In this document: piece by piece, positions 1-8,887 of the stretch
How the letters are laid out: each line of letters begins with the position of its first letter
Numbering within the stretch: position 1 is the first letter of the stretch
Assembly: GCA_026419635.1 (NCBI GenBank)
Contig: JANZZB010000001.1
Location: 1 to 35,642 of the forward strand
Reading direction: 5' to 3'
DNA length: 35,642 nt
From: Clostridiales bacterium
GTDB taxonomy: Bacteria > Bacillota > Clostridia > Oscillospirales > Butyricicoccaceae
Program-made: the position numbers and the translations under genes
Notes under the pieces: model-generated
What the model was told of the DNA's origin: nothing
Databases searched by the model: none
Seen by the model: only the letters and a program-made list of their open reading frames with translations

Positions 1-285
1 ATGCTTAGTATCACATCGTATACCAAAATAGGCCTGCGTCTTGCAACTTTGTTCGGTGGTATGGTTGGTGGTTTTAGTTTTTTTGTTGGTATTGTATATC
101 TTGTATTAAAGTTGGTTTTTTGGGATAGATTTCCTGCAGGCACTGCTCCAATATTAATAGGAATGTTTTTTTTGGGAGCTATGCAATTATTTTTTATCGG
201 TTTTTTAGGAGAATACATATTAACTATTAATTCCAGAATAATGAAACGTCCGCTTGTTGTGGAAGAAAAGCGGATAAATATGTAG
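1..285 (+). CDS. C-terminal fragment (5' end outside window) of a membrane-anchored family-2 glycosyltransferase (polyprenyl-phosphate GT, ArnC/GtrB-like)
   Basis: The frame is open from the window edge to TAG at 283-285. It shows two hydrophobic helices and the FIGFLGEYI segment typical of the C-terminal anchor of such GT2 enzymes. The catalytic domain is not visible. Confidence 0.5.
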   Translation: MLSITSYTKIGLRLATLFGGMVGGFSFFVGIVYLVLKLVFWDRFPAGTAPILIGMFFLGAMQLFFIGFLGEYILTINSRIMKRPLVVEEKRINM

Positions 286-425
286 AATTAATTATACTAT
301 TAATTAACTAATAGCATTTATATTTATTTATAAAAATTAAATTTTCCCAATTCTTCTTTTGTATAAATTACCCTCTGTTACAAACAATATCTTCGTAACA
401 AATTTTTGTTCCGGAGGGATATTAT

Positions 426-968
426 ATGAAAGCAACAGGAATTGTTCGGCGCATAGATGATCTCGGTCGTGTCGTAATACCTAAAGAAATAAGAAGAACC
501 ATGCGTATTCGCGAGGGTGATCCTCTTGAAATATATACGGATCGTGACGGAGAAGTTATATTTAAGAAATATTCGCCCATGGGCGAACTTGCATCTTTTT
601 CTGCGCAGCTTTGCGAAACACTGAATAAAACAACGGGACAGGCGTGTGCAATCTGCGACCGTGACACGGTTATTTCCGCGGCTGGCGTAGCAAGACGGGA
701 AATCATTGAAAAACGAATCAGTGAAGAACTTGAAAAGCTGATGGAAGGCAGACAGGTATACCGATATAAGCAGGGCGAACGGAAAGTGAATATCTGCGAA
801 GGAAACGACCATCACACCTGCACAATTGCAGCGCCGGTTATTACAGAAGGCGATGTTTCCGGATGTGTTGTTTTTCTTGAGAGCGAAGGCGTAGCAGCGC
901 CCGGTGAGACGGAATTTAAACTTGCACAGACAATTGCGGCTTTCCTGAGCAAACAAATGGAAACGTAA
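426..968 (+). CDS. spoVT: Stage V sporulation protein T (AbrB-family transcription regulator)
   Basis: The N-terminus MKATGIVRRIDDLGRVVIPKEIRRTMRIREGDPLEI is the SpoVT/AbrB swapped-hairpin DNA-binding motif. A ~125-aa C-terminal domain follows, and the 180-aa length matches Bacillus SpoVT. GGAGGG at 413-418 lies 7 nt before the ATG. Confidence 0.9.
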   Translation: MKATGIVRRIDDLGRVVIPKEIRRTMRIREGDPLEIYTDRDGEVIFKKYSPMGELASFSAQLCETLNKTTGQACAICDRDTVISAAGVARREIIEKRISEELEKLMEGRQVYRYKQGERKVNICEGNDHHTCTIAAPVITEGDVSGCVVFLESEGVAAPGETEFKLAQTIAAFLSKQMET

Positions 969-981
969 TCATAAAAAAAGC

Positions 982-1010
982 TTGCAATCTCAGGGTTTTA
1001 ATGGTAAAGT
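982..1010 (+). promoter_or_regulatory. Candidate sigma-A promoter for the rimP-nusA-infB operon (TTGCAA - 17 nt - TGgTAAAGT, extended -10)
   Basis: The -35 TTGCAA is at 982-987 and the -10 TAAAGT at 1005-1010, preceded by TG at 1002-1003, with a 17-nt spacer. It sits in the 136-nt gap after spoVT. This is sequence match only. Confidence 0.4.
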
Positions 1011-1034
1011 ATCTTTGTTAGATAGAAAGTAAGC

Positions 1035-1064
1035 AAAGAGTGGGGTAACCCACTCTTTCTTGTT
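1035..1064 (+). terminator. Leader hairpin with interrupted U-tract upstream of rimP (candidate attenuator)
   Basis: AAAGAGTGGG (1035-1044) pairs with CCCACTCTTT (1049-1058) around a GTAA tetraloop and is followed by CTTGTT. It lies between the candidate promoter and the rimP ATG at 1105. Confidence 0.45.
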
Positions 1065-1104
1065 AATAGTCACAGTATCATTTTTTGCGAAAGAAGGACC
1101 ATTC

Positions 1105-1569
1105 ATGCAGGCCAAGGATGTTGAAAAGCGGGTTCGCGATCTAACGGAGCCTTTTGTTAAGGATACGGATATTCATATATGGGACGTTGAATTCTGTAAA
1201 GAGGGCGGCGTCTACCAGTTGACAATATATATTGACAAGGAGGGCGGTATCTCTATAGACGATTGCGAGAATTTAAGCAGAAAGATTGATCCGCTGCTCG
1301 ACGGCCGGGAATTTAACGACCTTCCGTCTTATACATTTTGTGTTTCTTCCGCGGGGCTTGACCGCAAACTGACAAAGCCGGAGCATTTTATTCAGTGTAT
1401 CGGTCAGGACGTTGAATTAAAATTTTACAAAGCAATGGACGGAATGAAATCGGTTGTTGGAAGACTTATTGAAGCTACGGATGATGACGTTAAAATAAAC
1501 GTGGACGGCGAAGAAAAGTCCTATAAAAAAGAAATGCTTGCTACGGTTAGACTATACATTGAAATATAA
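1105..1569 (+). CDS. rimP: Ribosome maturation factor RimP
   Basis: The sequence shows RimP-like features (LTEPFV...IWDVEF.KEGG...L.IYIDKEGGISIDDCE..SR.IDPLLD) and sits directly upstream of nusA. Start reassigned from 1060 to the ATG at 1105, which follows GAAAGAAGGA. Confidence 0.9.
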   Translation: MQAKDVEKRVRDLTEPFVKDTDIHIWDVEFCKEGGVYQLTIYIDKEGGISIDDCENLSRKIDPLLDGREFNDLPSYTFCVSSAGLDRKLTKPEHFIQCIGQDVELKFYKAMDGMKSVVGRLIEATDDDVKINVDGEEKSYKKEMLATVRLYIEI

Positions 1570-1606
1570 TATTTTGCGATAAAGGAAAGAGGAGTGCACA
1601 ACAAAT

Positions 1607-2659
1607 ATGAACGCCGAGTTATTTAATGTACTTGACTTACTTGAGAAGGAAAAGGGAATAAAAAAAGATTATATGCTTGAAAAGATCTCACGCGCGCTTG
1701 TTACGGCGTATAAACATGACAGCGGCGGAGCGTCGGAAAATGTTTTTATAGAGGCGGATGAAGTAAAAAAAGAAATTCGTATGTATGCAAACAAAACCGT
1801 CGTGGAGACTGTGAATAACCATGCAACAGAGATCCAGCTGGAAGAAGCGAAAAAGATTTCAAAAAAATGTTCTTTAGGGGATATTATAGCGGTTGAAATT
1901 AATACAAATAATTTTGGACGAATTGCATCCCAGAACGCGAAACAGGTTATTATCCAGGGGATTCGCGAAGCGGAACAAGGCATGATGATCGAGGAATTCT
2001 CTTCGAAGGAACGGGAAATACTTACGGCGGTTGTCAGTCGTATTGATTCTAGAAACGGAAATATTTTTCTGGAAATCGGAGGAAAGAACGATAAGACAGA
2101 AGCAATGCTGCCCGCATCCGAACAGGTAAGAGGGGAAAAAATAAGCGAGGGCGACCGGATTAAAGTTTATGTAGTTGAAGTCAGAAAAGGCGCACGCGGT
2201 CCGCAGATTTTAATTTCAAGAACGCATCCGGGACTTGTAAAGCGATTATTTGAACTTGAAGTACCGGAAATACATGACGGCGTTGTTGAAATTATGTCCA
2301 TTGCCAGAGAAGCGGGTAGCAGAACAAAACTTGCTGTTTGGTCAAACGATGACAACGTAGATCCGATCGGTGCATGTGTTGGGCCGAGAGGAGCCCGCGT
2401 CAGCGGAATTGTAGAAGAACTTCACGGTGAGAAGATTGATATCATAAAATATTCTGAAGATCCCGAGGAATATATTGCGGCGGCACTCTCTCCTGCCGAT
2501 GTCGTATCCGTTGATATATTGACGGAAGGAAAAAGCTGCCGGGTTGTTGTGCCGGACGATCAGCTATCGCTGGCAATCGGCAAAGAAGGTCAAAACGCGC
2601 GTCTGGCTGCGAAGCTGACAAATTATAAAATAGATATTAAACCGTCTTCACAGGTGTAA
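1607..2659 (+). CDS. nusA: Transcription termination/antitermination factor NusA
   Basis: It has an N-terminal domain, an S1 domain and tandem KH domains (...GACVGPRGARV..., ...LAIGKEGQNARLAAKLT...). The 350-aa length is the Firmicute type without AR repeats. An AGAGGAG RBS precedes it. Confidence 0.97.
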   Translation: MNAELFNVLDLLEKEKGIKKDYMLEKISRALVTAYKHDSGGASENVFIEADEVKKEIRMYANKTVVETVNNHATEIQLEEAKKISKKCSLGDIIAVEINTNNFGRIASQNAKQVIIQGIREAEQGMMIEEFSSKEREILTAVVSRIDSRNGNIFLEIGGKNDKTEAMLPASEQVRGEKISEGDRIKVYVVEVRKGARGPQILISRTHPGLVKRLFELEVPEIHDGVVEIMSIAREAGSRTKLAVWSNDDNVDPIGACVGPRGARVSGIVEELHGEKIDIIKYSEDPEEYIAAALSPADVVSVDILTEGKSCRVVVPDDQLSLAIGKEGQNARLAAKLTNYKIDIKPSSQV

Positions 2660-2688
2660 CCGATCTTCTTTTCGGGGGAGGGAAAAAC

Positions 2689-2967
2689 GTGCAGAAGAGA
2701 AAAGTGCCGCTTAGGCAGTGTCTCGGCTGTAGAGAAATGTTTGAAAAACGTTCGCTGGTTCGCGTAGTTCGTTCCAGTGAAGGCGAAATAACACTCGATT
2801 TCAAAGGAAAAAAACCGGGACGCGGCGCCTATATATGTCATAAGATTGAATGCTTAAATAAAGCAAAAAAATCTAAAGCAATCGAACGCGCTTTTGGCTG
2901 TGCGGTGCCCGAAGATGTATATACACAGCTTTTTGAGCAGATGGAGGATCAGCCTGTAGATGAATAA
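2689..2967 (+). CDS. ylxR: YlxR/RnpM family (DUF448) RNA-binding protein
   Basis: RKVPLRQCLGCRE...LVRVV....GEI.LD..GK.PGRGAYIC is the DUF448 signature. It occupies the canonical position between nusA and infB and has a GTG start after GGGGGAGGG. Confidence 0.9.
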   Translation: MQKRKVPLRQCLGCREMFEKRSLVRVVRSSEGEITLDFKGKKPGRGAYICHKIECLNKAKKSKAIERAFGCAVPEDVYTQLFEQMEDQPVDE

Positions 2968-3334
2968 AATCTTGAATTTTCTTGGTTTAATGAAGAAAGC
3001 GGGCAAACTGGTGGTCGGGGATGAGGCCTGCTATGATTCAGTCAGAACAAGAAAAGCAAAACTAATCTTGGTCGCGTCGGATGCTTCCCCGAATGCACTC
3101 AACCGCGCGAAGGGTTACGCGGGGGAAACAAAGGGCGGATATATCAAACTTCCGGCCACAAAATCCGAATTAGGGCAAATCGTCGGAAGAGAAAGTTGCG
3201 CAATACTTGCAGTGACCGATAAGGAATTTGCAGAAGCGCTGGTTAAAAAGCTACCGCCGGAATGTCTATTTGCGAAAGAAGAAGATAAAAAGAAAAATAA
3301 ACAAAATTCCGAGGGGGAGCGTGGAGAACTATGA
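2960..3334 (+). CDS. L7Ae/L30e-family ribosomal-protein-like RNA-binding protein (YlxQ-like)
   Basis: [17 protein letters not shown]...[14 protein letters not shown] is typical of YlxQ-type L7Ae proteins. Its start overlaps the ylxR stop by 8 nt (ATGAATAA) and its stop overlaps the infB start (ATGA). Confidence 0.85.
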   Translation: MNKILNFLGLMKKAGKLVVGDEACYDSVRTRKAKLILVASDASPNALNRAKGYAGETKGGYIKLPATKSELGQIVGRESCAILAVTDKEFAEALVKKLPPECLFAKEEDKKKNKQNSEGERGEL

Positions 3335-5697
3335 TGGTGAAATACCGAGTACATGAAGTGGCGAAAGATTTCGATCTGCCCACAAAAACAATTGCAGACA
3401 TTCTTGCTATGTATCTTACTGCGCCAAAGAACCATATGCAGGTTCTTACGGAGCAGGAGCTTAATGTCATATTTGATAGCCTTACATTAAAAAATCAGGT
3501 AGAAGATATCCAGGAAATCTTTGCTGCATCTAAACCGCCCGAGGTAATACCGGCAGAAGTGGAGATGCCGTCCGAGAAAAAAGAGCAAGTAGAAGTGCAG
3601 CAGGAGCAAAAAACAATTCCTGTCGAAAATAAACCGACAACTGCGGAACCGATTCAAAAGCAATCGATTACTCAGCCTCAAACGACAATAACCGGCGAGA
3701 GCCGTCCTTTTACCAAAAAAGGTGCGGATGTCCGCTATGTCGATACCAGAACCGTTGCGGTCGATTTGTCTAAATACGACGATAAGGTGGACGCGTTAGT
3801 ACCTGATTCGGCAAATAAATTTAACCAAGGTAAACAAAAGATTGCAAAGAAGAGAACAAATGATAAACGGCCGTTTATAAGCAATAAAAAGCATCAGGAA
3901 GAGCTGGAAAAAATGAAACGGCTGCAGCTTGAGATTGCAAAAAAGGCTCAGCTTAAAGTATCCATCCCCGATGAAATCAACGTCGGAGAACTTGCGATGC
4001 GCCTGAAAAAAACTTCTGCAGATGTTATTAAACAGCTGATGAAACTTGGCGTAATGGCGTCTATTTCACAAATGATTGATTACGAAACGGCTGCACTTGT
4101 TGCTCTTGAATTCGGAGCAAAAGTAGAAAAAGAAGTGACTGTAACAATAGAAGAACGTTTGATTGACGATTCAAGCGATCTGGATGAAAATCTGGAACTT
4201 CGTGACCCTGTCGTCGTTGTAATGGGTCATGTTGACCACGGAAAGACGTCGCTTCTTGACACGATCCGAAACACAAATGTTGTATCCGGTGAAGCGGGAG
4301 GTATTACCCAGCATATCGGTGCTTATCGCGTTAAAATTAACGGCAGGGACATTACTTTTCTTGATACGCCGGGACATGAGGCGTTTACTTCCATGCGTGC
4401 ACGCGGTGCTCAGGCGACGGACATTGCAATTTTAGTTGTGGCAGCGGATGACGGAATTATGCCGCAGACGATAGAAGCAATCAATCACGCAAAAGCTGCA
4501 AATGTACCGATTATTGTCGCTGTAAACAAGATGGATAAAGAGGGTGCAAATCCGGATCGTGTTATGCAGCAGCTTACAGAGCACGAACTCGTTCCAGAGG
4601 AATGGGGCGGCGAAACGATTGTTTGCAAAGTTTCCGCTAAAAACCGCGTCGGCATAGAAAATCTTTTGGAAATGATTCTTCTTACAGCCGAAATGAGAGA
4701 GCTGAAAGCCAACCCGAACCGTGCCGCGAAAGGAATTGTTATTGAGGCAAAACTTGATCGCGGACGCGGACCTGTTGCAACTGTTTTAGTTCAAAACGGA
4801 ACGTTAAAGCTCGGAGACGTTATCATAGCCGGCAAGACAGTCGGTCATGTCAGAGCGATGACCAACGACAAAGGAAATAAAATTGAATCAGCCGGACCTT
4901 CCGTTCCGGTTGAAATTATCGGATTATCGGAAGTCCCTGCTGCAGGAGATCTGTTCCACGCCGTAACAGACGAACGGATGGCCCGTGAACTTGTTGAAGA
5001 ACGCAAAGCGCAGGAAAAAGTAGAGAAAAACAGCCAAACAGAAAAAATTACTCTTGAAAACTTATTTGACCATATTCAGCAAGGGGACGTTAAAGATCTG
5101 AACATTATCGTAAAAGCGGATGTTCAGGGTTCTGCCGAAGCAGTCAAATCATCACTCGAGAAGTTATCGAATGAAGAGGTTCGTGTGCGAGTCATTCATT
5201 CAACGGTCGGTGCTGTAAATGAATCCGATGTAATGCTTGCGGCAGCTTCGGGTGCTATCATTGTAGGATTTAATGTACGTCCCGATCCGCTGGCGCTCGA
5301 AAGCGCCACAATGCAGAGTGTAGATATCCGGCTTTACAGAATTATTTATGATTGTATTCAAGAAATGGAATCTGCAATGAAAGGTATGCTTGCTCCAAAG
5401 TATAAGGAAGCTGTCTTAGGGCATGCTGAAATAAGACAAACGTTTAAGGTTTCCGGAGTCGGTACGATTGCGGGCTGCTATGTCACGGACGGAAAGATTG
5501 TAAGAGCATCGTCTGTACGTATTGTTCGTAACGGCATTGTTGTTCACGAAGGCGAACTTGCCTCGCTTAAACGGTTCAAGGACGACGCAAAAGAGGTTGC
5601 ATCGGGCTATGAATGCGGTTTAAGTATTGAAAGATTCAACGACATTAAAGAAGGCGACGTTGTAGAAGCATATACTATGGAGGAAATACCGCGTTAA
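3331..5697 (+). CDS. infB: Translation initiation factor IF-2
   Basis: G-domain motifs [20 protein letters not shown] and NKMDK are present, with a low-complexity N-terminal region and a conserved C-terminal domain. Length is 788 aa. Confidence 0.98.
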   Translation: MMVKYRVHEVAKDFDLPTKTIADILAMYLTAPKNHMQVLTEQELNVIFDSLTLKNQVEDIQEIFAASKPPEVIPAEVEMPSEKKEQVEVQQEQKTIPVENKPTTAEPIQKQSITQPQTTITGESRPFTKKGADVRYVDTRTVAVDLSKYDDKVDALVPDSANKFNQGKQKIAKKRTNDKRPFISNKKHQEELEKMKRLQLEIAKKAQLKVSIPDEINVGELAMRLKKTSADVIKQLMKLGVMASISQMIDYETAALVALEFGAKVEKEVTVTIEERLIDDSSDLDENLELRDPVVVVMGHVDHGKTSLLDTIRNTNVVSGEAGGITQHIGAYRVKINGRDITFLDTPGHEAFTSMRARGAQATDIAILVVAADDGIMPQTIEAINHAKAANVPIIVAVNKMDKEGANPDRVMQQLTEHELVPEEWGGETIVCKVSAKNRVGIENLLEMILLTAEMRELKANPNRAAKGIVIEAKLDRGRGPVATVLVQNGTLKLGDVIIAGKTVGHVRAMTNDKGNKIESAGPSVPVEIIGLSEVPAAGDLFHAVTDERMARELVEERKAQEKVEKNSQTEKITLENLFDHIQQGDVKDLNIIVKADVQGSAEAVKSSLEKLSNEEVRVRVIHSTVGAVNESDVMLAAASGAIIVGFNVRPDPLALESATMQSVDIRLYRIIYDCIQEMESAMKGMLAPKYKEAVLGHAEIRQTFKVSGVGTIAGCYVTDGKIVRASSVRIVRNGIVVHEGELASLKRFKDDAKEVASGYECGLSIERFNDIKEGDVVEAYTMEEIPR

Positions 5698-5724
5698 AGA
5701 AATATATGTGTAAGGAGCTTTCAT

Positions 5725-6090
5725 ATGGCTCATAATCGAATTGATCGAATAAACGAAGAAGTTCACAGGGCGCTCAGCGATGCAATGAGGACATTGAAAG
5801 ACCCTAGAATCCAAGGCCTTGTTAGTATTACAAGATGCGATGTAACGGGAGACCTTCGTTTTTGTAAAGTGCATATAAGCTTTTTAGGTACGGATGAAGA
5901 TCAAAAAAATGTAATAAAAGGACTCAAATCCGCCTTGGGTTACTTGCGCCGGGAAATTTCCCAACGGGTAAATCTAAGATATACTCCGGAACTTATTATC
6001 GTGCCGGACGATTCCATATCAAACGGAGTCAGAATCTCGGGTATATTACACAGCCTAAACGAAAAGGAGCGCAGCTCAGATGACAAATAG
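5725..6090 (+). CDS. rbfA: Ribosome-binding factor A
   Basis: R..R..EE....L........KDPR.....VSIT.V.VT.DL..A.V pattern, a 121-aa length, and a position after infB all fit RbfA. Confidence 0.93.
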   Translation: MAHNRIDRINEEVHRALSDAMRTLKDPRIQGLVSITRCDVTGDLRFCKVHISFLGTDEDQKNVIKGLKSALGYLRREISQRVNLRYTPELIIVPDDSISNGVRISGILHSLNEKERSSDDK

Positions 6091-7027
6091 CGAAGTTTCT
6101 GCTCTATTACTCAAGTCGGATGATTTTCTTATTTTAACGCATAAACGTCCGGATGGAGATACCATTGGTTCAGCAGCAGCTCTTTGCGGCGCTTTAAGGA
6201 TATTGGGAAAAAAGGCATATGTATTACAGAATTCCGAGATTACACCTCGTTTCCAGTCTCTATTAAACGGTTTATTACCTCCATCGGAGTTTCAGCCCTC
6301 ATTTATTATCAGTTGCGATATCGCAAGCGACGATCTGATTTGTCTGGATGCTGACCCTTACCGGAAAAGGATTAACCTTTGTATTGATCATCACAGGATT
6401 AATACCGTAAAAGCTGAAAATTATTTAATTGAGGAAGATTCGGCAGCGTGTGGTGAAATTGTGTATGAGCTGATCCTATCTCTTGGAGTAGAGTTGAATA
6501 CACAAATTGCTGAGGCTATTTATATTGCTATTTCTACGGATACAGGCTGTTTTAAATTTTCCAATACGTCTGCCCGAACACATCGTATTGCATCCGCATG
6601 CTATGAAACGGGCATTCCCGCAGGGGACATTAATCGTGATATTTTTGAGAGTAAAACACGTGCTCGTTTTGAGATGGAACGGTTTGTTTTTGATAATCTG
6701 CATTTTTATCAAAACGGTAAGATTGCACTTTGTCTTGTGCCGAGGGCAATCGTTGAAAAAGCGAATGCAACGGAAGACGACCTTGAAAATATTTCAGCAT
6801 TGCCAAGACAAATTAAGGGTGTTTGCGCAGGAATTACAATCTCAGAAACGATAAACGGCAATTCTAAAATTTCTGTACGAACGGTTAAGGGCTTGGATGC
6901 TGCCTGCATTTGTTCCCAGTTTGGCGGTGGCGGCCATGAGCGGGCTGCGGGGGCAACATTAAACGGTAAACCGTTTGAAAACGAAAAAGCGGTATTAGAG
7001 GCTGCGTTAAAATGTATTCAGGGATAA
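6080..7027 (+). CDS. DHH/DHHA1 phosphoesterase (NrnA-like oligoribonuclease / pAp phosphatase)
   Basis: DHH-family motifs HKRPDGDTIGS, DHH (CIDHHR) and DTGCF are present, plus the DHHA1 GGGGH motif (FGGGGHERAAGA). It overlaps rbfA by 11 nt. Confidence 0.85.
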   Translation: MTNSEVSALLLKSDDFLILTHKRPDGDTIGSAAALCGALRILGKKAYVLQNSEITPRFQSLLNGLLPPSEFQPSFIISCDIASDDLICLDADPYRKRINLCIDHHRINTVKAENYLIEEDSAACGEIVYELILSLGVELNTQIAEAIYIAISTDTGCFKFSNTSARTHRIASACYETGIPAGDINRDIFESKTRARFEMERFVFDNLHFYQNGKIALCLVPRAIVEKANATEDDLENISALPRQIKGVCAGITISETINGNSKISVRTVKGLDAACICSQFGGGGHERAAGATLNGKPFENEKAVLEAALKCIQG

Positions 7028-7932
7028 TTGTAATTGATAAGCCTAAGGATTGTACATCATTTGATGTGATTGCAAGACTACGGAAAAAATTTAAAATGCG
7101 CGGAATCGGTCACTCCGGCACACTGGATCCGATGGCAACGGGTGTGCTTCCTGTTTTTTTGGGGACAGCAACCAAAGGCTGCGAATATGCGACTGCTCAC
7201 GATAAGGAATATGTTGTTCGATTTCAGCTTGGCCTATCTACTGACACGCAAGACATTACAGGTAATGTCACAGGTACGTCAGAGGTAAATGTAACAAGAA
7301 AAAATGTTGAAAACGTGCTATCCGCTTTTGTTGGTGAAATCTTTCAGATACCACCAATGTATTCCGCGATAAAAAAAGACGGAAAAAAACTGTACGAATA
7401 TGCCCGTTTGGGAATTGAAGTGGAAAGAAAAGCAAGAAATATTACAATTTATAGCGCAAATTTGCTTGAATCAGGCACGGCTAAAAATGAATATGAAGCA
7501 CGTGTTACCTGTTCTTCCGGAACATACATAAGAACTTTATGTTCTGATTTGGGGGACAAGCTTGGGTGCTTGGCCGTTATGACAGCGCTTCAAAGAACGA
7601 GATCCGGTATTTTCCGAATTGAAAATGCCGTTTCCATGGAACAAATTGAGCAATTGGAAGAAGATCAAATCCATTCCAGATATATAGTTCCTCTTGATAT
7701 GCTATTTTCTGAATATCCTAAATTGCAAGTGGACGATTACGGAGAAAGACGTATAAAAAATGGTGCATTTGTTCCGTTATCCTCTGTTTGCTTGAAAACA
7801 TCAGAATGGACAGAGGAAAATGCCCGGTACCGGGTTTATTCAAAAAACGGAACTTTTTTAATGCTTGGACGTTTTCAGTCGCTCAGAAGCGGGGGGCAGG
7901 CTCTTTTTTGTGAAAAAAACTTTTTTACTTAG
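7012..7932 (+). CDS. truB: tRNA pseudouridine(55) synthase TruB
   Basis: GHSGTLDPMATGVLPV contains the catalytic Asp, and QIPPMYSAIK is present, with a C-terminal PUA-like extension. It overlaps the DHH gene by 16 nt. Confidence 0.95.
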   Translation: MYSGIIVIDKPKDCTSFDVIARLRKKFKMRGIGHSGTLDPMATGVLPVFLGTATKGCEYATAHDKEYVVRFQLGLSTDTQDITGNVTGTSEVNVTRKNVENVLSAFVGEIFQIPPMYSAIKKDGKKLYEYARLGIEVERKARNITIYSANLLESGTAKNEYEARVTCSSGTYIRTLCSDLGDKLGCLAVMTALQRTRSGIFRIENAVSMEQIEQLEEDQIHSRYIVPLDMLFSEYPKLQVDDYGERRIKNGAFVPLSSVCLKTSEWTEENARYRVYSKNGTFLMLGRFQSLRSGGQALFCEKNFFT

Positions 7933-7970
7933 AGAAACACATTATACCCAGCCATTCTTTGGAGGAATCT

Positions 7971-8873
7971 ATGGACAATAAAAGAGTTATGGCGCTTGGT
8001 TTTTTTGATGGAATTCATATAGGCCATCAGGCGCTTTTAGATCAATGCCGCAATATAGCGTCAGAAAACGGAATGCTTTGTACAGTATTAACATTCAGTA
8101 ATCATCCGGACAGGCTTTTATTAAACCATGACGTTAAAACACTCACTACGAATGAACAACGTGTTGAAATGTTAAAACGTTTCGGAAGAGCTGACGAGGT
8201 TATACTTCTTCCTTTTGATGATGAAATGCTTCATTTAGATTGGCAGAAATTTTTTCTTAAAATTCTTTTGCAGAAATATAATGCTAAGCATCTTGTAATT
8301 GGAGAAAATTTTCGATTTGGATTCCAAGGGCTTGGAAATCCAGATAACTTACTTAAAAAATGCGCCGAATATTCCATTGGCTGCGATGTAATTAAAGACG
8401 TGAAGATTTGCGACCAGACGGTAAGTTCTACTAAAATAAAAGAATTCCTGAAACAAGGAAATCTTGATATGGCAAATTTGTTTTTAGGCCATCCGCATGA
8501 AATCGCCGGCAAAGTCCTTCACGGGCGTGGAGTCGGCTCAAAACATCTTGTTCCAACTATTAATTTTGCAAGTGATCCGACGGTTTTATTACCGCCATAC
8601 GGCGTATATATCACCAGTTTATATTTAGACGGGCGCTTTTATCCAGCGGTTACAAATATAGGAATACGGCCTACTTTTGATGGCGAAGATCCATCAGTAT
8701 CAATTGAATCCCACGCCTTAGGATACGAGGGAAATGCATACGGAAAAACAGCCAGACTTGAACTAAAGCGGTTTTTGCGAAGCGAGCAGCGGTATGAAAC
8801 TGCGAATATGCTGCTTTCTCAAATTGAACGTGATATAAAAGCTACGAATGAGTTCTTTTCTAAGGGTAAATAA
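7971..8873 (+). CDS. ribF: Bifunctional riboflavin kinase / FMN adenylyltransferase
   Basis: The FAD-synthetase motif GFFDGIHIGHQ and the kinase region GRGVGSKHLVPTINF...YGVY are present. Start reassigned to the ATG at 7971, 5 nt after GGAGG (7961-7965); the ORF-track start at 7959 is a TTG. Confidence 0.93.
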   Translation: MDNKRVMALGFFDGIHIGHQALLDQCRNIASENGMLCTVLTFSNHPDRLLLNHDVKTLTTNEQRVEMLKRFGRADEVILLPFDDEMLHLDWQKFFLKILLQKYNAKHLVIGENFRFGFQGLGNPDNLLKKCAEYSIGCDVIKDVKICDQTVSSTKIKEFLKQGNLDMANLFLGHPHEIAGKVLHGRGVGSKHLVPTINFASDPTVLLPPYGVYITSLYLDGRFYPAVTNIGIRPTFDGEDPSVSIESHALGYEGNAYGKTARLELKRFLRSEQRYETANMLLSQIERDIKATNEFFSKGK

Positions 8874-8887
8874 AGAAGGGACAAACA

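Noticed and set aside
361-391. A possible forespore (sigma-G/F type) promoter upstream of spoVT (GTATA ... CAATATC), plus GTTACAAA/GTAACAAA direct repeats.
   Set aside because: The -10 matches the CATxxTA-type consensus poorly, and the spacing (19 nt) is off. It is expected biologically but not supportable from sequence alone.
378-956. Long antisense or shadow ORFs in the track (e.g. 378-956 minus, 16434-17180 plus, 21398-21706 plus, 26879-27232 plus, 27658-28179 plus, 22993-23286 plus).
   Set aside because: Each lies fully inside a strongly supported gene on the opposite strand. They lack RBSs and translate to low-complexity or unfamiliar sequence.
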